Below are positions 59,486-64,000 of a stretch of DNA of 64,000 bases, one piece after another. This stretch comes from Calditrichia bacterium (lineage in GTDB: Bacteria; Calditrichota; Calditrichia; RBG-13-44-9; J075), in NCBI GenBank assembly GCA_050633245.1, contig JBOEGD010000009.1, positions 160,001 to 224,000 on the forward strand. The letters are read 5' to 3'. A program made the translations under genes and the position numbers. Every line of letters starts with the position of its first letter. The stretch's first letter is position 1. The notes under the pieces were generated by a model that did no database searches, had not been told where the DNA came from, and was given only the letters and a program-made list of their open reading frames with translations.

Positions 59486-59527
59486 TGCATAATTTATGCT
59501 TTGTGAGTGGATCACACAAGACAAAAA

Positions 59528-59902
59528 TTATTTACGAAGGAAATAAAAACGGGAAAAAATCCAAACGGCGATTGCAACACCTGCGGCATCAGCCAAAGCA
59601 TCGAGTGGATCAGCAAAACGGCCCGGAACAAAGTATTGATGCACCTCATCGCTTATCCCATACAATGAACCGGTTATAAAGGTAAACCTGCCCCACTTTT
59701 CACGCAAAACAGGATAGCGATCCTGAAAATAAAATGCCCGGGCAATCAACCAGCCGAAAACGGCGTAGGCAATAAGATGAGAGTATTTATCTGAAAAGCG
59801 AATCCCGAAGTCCGGCCCCTGAATATCCGGCATATCAGAAAGCATGTAAATGGCAACCGCTGTAAGTATAGCGGGGAGCTGATATCGCACAAAATGAAGC
59901 AT
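59528..59902 (-). CDS. VanZ-like family membrane protein
   Basis: DKYSH..AY, YGISDEVHQYFVPGR...D.LAD..G. Confidence 0.9.
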   Translation of the reverse strand: MLHFVRYQLPAILTAVAIYMLSDMPDIQGPDFGIRFSDKYSHLIAYAVFGWLIARAFYFQDRYPVLREKWGRFTFITGSLYGISDEVHQYFVPGRFADPLDALADAAGVAIAVWIFSRFYFLRK

Positions 59903-59905
59903 CTC

Positions 59906-61120
59906 TTATTTTTCTTTCTTGTCGTCAGAGCGTCGTTTATCTGTCATTAACGTATCGGCATGGCGAAGTGCCTTCTTACCAAAGCGATTTTGCAGGGAAT
60001 CACGGATTTTCTCCAGCTCTTCCTTTCGCTCATCACCGCCAAAGAGAGATAATTGTCCCACGTCGCTGCCTACCAACTGCGTTACCCCGACGCCAATCAG
60101 GCGAACTGCCTTGGTTTTTGCTGTAAATTGGACATACAGCTCTTTACTAACCGCAAAGATATCGTCGGTCAGATGGATTCCTTCCCGCACCGTTTTATTG
60201 CGGGTAAAAGTCGTAAAGTCATCAAAGCGTAGCTTTAACTGAACCGTTTTGCCACGAAATCCATACTTGCGCAGACGTGATGCAACCTTCTCAGACAAGT
60301 GCAGCAACGTCGAAACAATTAACTCTTCATCACGCTGGTCGACGCCAAAGGTTGTTTCATGACTGACAGATTTTATCGGATCGCCCTTATGCACTTCACG
60401 CGTATCGATGCCACGAGCCATGCGAAACAGATGTGGTCCCATCTTGCCAAAGCGCTGGGTCAACAACTCCTCAGGAAATTCACGAAGTTCTTTGACGGTA
60501 TTCAGGTTCATCTTTTCGAGTGATGCAAACGTCTTTTTGCCGACTCCCCATAACTTGCTCAGCGCCAGTGGATCGAGAAACTCCTGCACCTTTCCCGGTT
60601 CAACAATTGTGAGTCCATCCGGTTTTTCAAAATCGGACGCAATTTTTGCCACACTTTTTGATGGCGCCATTCCGACTGAGGCCCGCAAACCGGTGTCCTG
60701 ATAAATACGATCCTTTATGGCCATACCCATCGTTTCTACATCTCCATAGAAATGCAGGCTTCCGGTAAGATCGAGAAAGGCCTCATCGACACTGACGACC
60801 TGAATTTGCGGGGTAAAGTCTTCAAGAATTTTAAAAACTTGTTTGGAATAATGAGAGTAGGTGTTGTGTTGAGGCTTAATGTACACGCCGTGCGGACAAA
60901 GCTTCCATGCCCTCGCAATTGGCATTGCAGAATGCACACCAAAAACGCGAGCTTCGTAAGAGGCAGTTGAGACAACACCTCTCCCCTTCCCTTTTGAAGG
61001 GGAAGCTCCAATTATCAGAGGTTTTCCAGCAAGCTCGGGGTTTAACAGCACCTCAACCGAGGCAAAAAAAGCATCCATGTCTACATGCGCAATAATGCGC
61101 TTCCATGAAGAAGAGGTCAT
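59906..61120 (-). CDS. dinB: DNA polymerase IV (Y family)
   Basis: HVDMDAFFASVE, STASYEAR.FGV.SAMP, SVDEAFLD, AKIASD..KPDG, RLIGV. Confidence 0.96.
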   Translation of the reverse strand: MTSSSWKRIIAHVDMDAFFASVEVLLNPELAGKPLIIGASPSKGKGRGVVSTASYEARVFGVHSAMPIARAWKLCPHGVYIKPQHNTYSHYSKQVFKILEDFTPQIQVVSVDEAFLDLTGSLHFYGDVETMGMAIKDRIYQDTGLRASVGMAPSKSVAKIASDFEKPDGLTIVEPGKVQEFLDPLALSKLWGVGKKTFASLEKMNLNTVKELREFPEELLTQRFGKMGPHLFRMARGIDTREVHKGDPIKSVSHETTFGVDQRDEELIVSTLLHLSEKVASRLRKYGFRGKTVQLKLRFDDFTTFTRNKTVREGIHLTDDIFAVSKELYVQFTAKTKAVRLIGVGVTQLVGSDVGQLSLFGGDERKEELEKIRDSLQNRFGKKALRHADTLMTDKRRSDDKKEK

Positions 61121-61824
61121 CGAAAGGCGATTCCCACCAGAATCAACGCGCTGATCATGCCAGCGAATACAAGGTTGCGCTTGCGATTATCTTCAGACAT
61201 CACACCCTTTCTGGCTGCAATACCGGTTTCCTGGCCACTACGCAGGTTCACGTTGGGGATTGCTAAATCGCCGGCAATTTTAATTTGAGCCGGTACTGCT
61301 CCATCGAAAGCATAAATAAAAGCAGACTCAAACTTCCCCGTAACACCAGACTTACTATCTGTACGGATCAGGTTGAAGCGCGCGTTGTGCTCATTTGCAT
61401 AAATCATTTGCGGCGCCAAAGCACCATCTTTAAAGAGGAATGCCGTGGAGTCGGTATTGCTGAGCACAATTTCATCTGTTAGCGTATCTCCCAACATAAA
61501 GTAAACGTCGAGGTAATTTTTAGATGCATTGCGTGCATCACTTTCTTCAGCCAGAAGTATATGCAAAACATGCTGGGTTCCCTGACGAAGCTGCGGATAG
61601 AAAAAATATTTTGTTCCGCTCTCGCTCTGCAGGTTCAAGGTCGTATCATAAACGATTTCTACATTGTTATAGAGCAGGGCATTGTGTGCATAGTAAGTTT
61701 GAGCGACTTCTGTTCCCACGCTTAGATTTATTGCGCCAAAGTGAGTCGTTTCATCTGATTCCTGAGCGAGTGCATTTGAGGTTAACGCCCAACCAAGCAG
61801 AGCAACTAAAGCGAGATATTTCAT
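61117..61824 (-). CDS. Hypothetical exported protein with C-terminal membrane anchor
   Basis: Signal peptide ALA-Q, beta-rich body, C-terminal RKRNLVFAGMISALILVGIAFR; AAGG RBS; overlaps the dinB start. Confidence 0.7.
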   Translation of the reverse strand: MKYLALVALLGWALTSNALAQESDETTHFGAINLSVGTEVAQTYYAHNALLYNNVEIVYDTTLNLQSESGTKYFFYPQLRQGTQHVLHILLAEESDARNASKNYLDVYFMLGDTLTDEIVLSNTDSTAFLFKDGALAPQMIYANEHNARFNLIRTDSKSGVTGKFESAFIYAFDGAVPAQIKIAGDLAIPNVNLRSGQETGIAARKGVMSEDNRKRNLVFAGMISALILVGIAFR

Positions 61825-61842
61825 ACCATTTCCTTTATCGGA

Positions 61843-62940
61843 TTAGCGTCCGTTTCCTGCTCCCAGAGCTTCAATGCGGGTCTGGACTTCCCTGTCATCT
61901 TTACTTGCATTCTTAATATAAACCGAAAAATAGTCAATTGCTTCTTTTGGCTGTTTTTTTGCTTCGGCAATGAACCCCAGGTAGCGATAGGCAATCCAGG
62001 TATTCTCCTGAATTTTCAGAGCTTGTTTCAGCAAAATTTCTGCTTCTTCAAGATTCTGGTTCTTATACAGTAAAATGCCTTTTTCGGCGATGAGTTCCGC
62101 ATTAGCGGGATTTAGACTTAATCCGACTGCAATTTGCTCCAGGGCAATATCATTCTTTTCGACATGTTGAAAATAGCGTGAACGATACAGAAATATTTCC
62201 GGATCACCGGGGATTAGCTTCTGAGCGCGATTTAATGCCGTTACTGCCTCATTCTGCAGATCTAAGTAGAACAATGCCTTCCCGAGAGATTTCCAACCCT
62301 CGCCATCATTAAATTTCAGATTACAATAATACTCGAGCTCTGCGCGGGCAGCGGCATAGTTCTTTAACTTAAGAAAGGACACGCCACGGAGTTTGTATGC
62401 AATAGGTGCATGCGGGGAACGAAAATCACGAAAATAAGCAGCCAGTCCGTCGAGGACTTTTCGATACTGTTTATCGCGAAAGTAGCTATCGACTAATGCA
62501 ATTCGCAGTTCAGCTGAATCGGGATAGGCCGCCGTGGCCTTTCGCAGGTAGACTATGGCTTCCTGATAACGATCACTATTTTGATAAAGCCCGCCAAGCG
62601 CCGCCCAAACTTTTGGAGAATGGCTTTTGATGTCCAGGCTACGCTTATAGCTGGCAATTGCCGAATCTGGTTGTCGAAGACGGGTCAGCACCCATCCTTT
62701 GGACTGATGAAAAGCCGCAAAGTCTCTGCGATGCGCTATGGCTGAATCGAGCTGTGTATTTGCGGCCGACATATCACCGGCTTCAATCGACTGTGCAGCA
62801 GCGAGATAAAAAGCCATTGCCTGACCGGGTTTCGAATTGGCCTGAGGCGCTTTCGACGAGGATGAACAACATGTAAATGAGAGGCAGGTTAGAACGAAAC
62901 CGACTGTTATGTAAAGCCTGGTTACGAATATAAGTTGCAT
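61843..62940 (-). CDS. Tetratricopeptide-repeat (lipo)protein
   Basis: N-terminal hydrophobic segment ending TCC; multiple TPR units (W..LG..Y....Y..A...L). Confidence 0.85.
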   Translation of the reverse strand: MQLIFVTRLYITVGFVLTCLSFTCCSSSSKAPQANSKPGQAMAFYLAAAQSIEAGDMSAANTQLDSAIAHRRDFAAFHQSKGWVLTRLRQPDSAIASYKRSLDIKSHSPKVWAALGGLYQNSDRYQEAIVYLRKATAAYPDSAELRIALVDSYFRDKQYRKVLDGLAAYFRDFRSPHAPIAYKLRGVSFLKLKNYAAARAELEYYCNLKFNDGEGWKSLGKALFYLDLQNEAVTALNRAQKLIPGDPEIFLYRSRYFQHVEKNDIALEQIAVGLSLNPANAELIAEKGILLYKNQNLEEAEILLKQALKIQENTWIAYRYLGFIAEAKKQPKEAIDYFSVYIKNASKDDREVQTRIEALGAGNGR

Positions 62941-63087
62941 TGTTATCGCGATCTATTTCAATTAGCCGCTTTAATACGCGGGAGTTAAGTGGGGACTTTT
63001 ATTACGTAAAGCCAGAATACGAATCTACAAAAATTTAGTATTAAAGTCTACAAGTCAGGTAACAGATACTCTTGTAACGCGTGTTAA

Positions 63088-63999
63088 TCAAAGTCCTGTT
63101 ATTTGCAGCAGACGCTCGACGCTTTTTTGTGTCTCTCCGCTGCGCTGCAACCCGGGGAACTGGGTAGCTTTCTGAAGATCCCGGGCCAAATCCAGCTTAC
63201 TTTGTTCAACCGAAAAATAAAGATTTTGATCCATTAATCTTTTAGCGAGGTATATCTGCTCGGTCTGGCCTGGTGTTGGAATTAATAGCGCCTTGCGACC
63301 AAGCTCTGCGAGCTCCATAAGCGTCGTATATCCCGGGCGCGAAACGATAATTTTCGCTCGATTCAACAACGCATTCATGTTCTCACGAGGCAGATGATTA
63401 TAAACCGTTAGGTAAGAGTCTTCACTCAGCAGCTGTTCTTCTTCGCTTTTACCAAGCAGAACCACTTTTTTTCCGGGAATAGAACGAATATCGGCCAGGA
63501 CTTTTTCTTCCAAAAACGTTCGCTGTGGTTCCGGCCCGGAGATCGAAACCAGCACGTCTATATCTTCAGAGAGGTTGTTTTTATTAACGCTCGCCAACCA
63601 ACCGATGTGGCTATAGCGATCGCTCTGCTTGCTCGGGATCTCGCTGAGAGCACCACTGATTAGGCCTTCACCAGCTTTTTCGATATCTGGTACAAATATT
63701 TTTTGATAGAAGCGATGCGGCAGACGGTTTACCCAACCGACGGTTCGGCGCAGGAGTGTCATGCTTCTCGGCATGGCAAAATATAGCTGATGGCTAATAA
63801 AATAACTGGGTACTAATTTGGAGTGCGCGCCATAACAATTGTCGCTGATTATGCAGTCGATTGCCCGCGTAAATACAACCTGATGAGTTAGCTCTTTTTC
63901 CAGCATAACTGCCCAGAGAACTCCGGGAGCCTGCAACAGAAGACGGGGCCACAATAGCTTGCTTTTGCTGTACGTAATTCCATAATCCGGGGTGACTAC
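63088..63999 (-). CDS. Glycosyltransferase, GT28 C-terminal type (5' end outside window)
   Basis: ISDN.YG, SGPEPQRT, SRPGYTTLMEL, IPTPGQTEQ.YLA; frame open to the window edge. Confidence 0.87.
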   Translation of the reverse strand, partial: VVTPDYGITYSKSKLLWPRLLLQAPGVLWAVMLEKELTHQVVFTRAIDCIISDNCYGAHSKLVPSYFISHQLYFAMPRSMTLLRRTVGWVNRLPHRFYQKIFVPDIEKAGEGLISGALSEIPSKQSDRYSHIGWLASVNKNNLSEDIDVLVSISGPEPQRTFLEEKVLADIRSIPGKKVVLLGKSEEEQLLSEDSYLTVYNHLPRENMNALLNRAKIIVSRPGYTTLMELAELGRKALLIPTPGQTEQIYLAKRLMDQNLYFSVEQSKLDLARDLQKATQFPGLQRSGETQKSVERLLQITGL

Positions 64000-64000
64000 A

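Noticed and set aside
59528-59902. VanZ as a glycopeptide-resistance determinant
   Set aside because: Generic VanZ-like family member with no van cluster nearby.

Overview
64-kb bacterial chromosomal window at roughly mid-40s % GC (estimated by eye). It probably comes from an FCB-related or Calditrichota/KSB1-like organism, inferred from a NYPNPFNP FlgD-Ig/T9SS-type C-terminal domain, a FecI/FecR/TonB cell-surface signalling module and alternative complex III. The left half is accessory. It holds a CHASE histidine kinase with an Rcp1-type regulator, a cold-shock protein, an MBL hydrolase, AraC + amidohydrolase, ArsR-like regulator + CAAX protease, an ECF sigma-FecR-TBDR-secreted LVIVD protein-porin module, and a TBDR/PLP-enzyme/ABC run punctuated by heptamer arrays. 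It also holds a candidate compact 6S-like RNA and a 1563-aa membrane pseudokinase with five repeated zinc ribbons and a beta-helix. From 31.2 kb to the end every gene is on the minus strand: a seven-gene PTPS/RibD/glycosyl-/methyl-/CDP-alcohol-transferase cluster of unknown product, an alternative complex III variant, a three-subunit transhydrogenase, lpdA-lipB-E2-lipA, an A2-type cytochrome c oxidase operon, dinB and neighbours. I saw no rRNA, tRNA, CRISPR array or transposase. All calls come from reading motifs by eye; no database searches were run.
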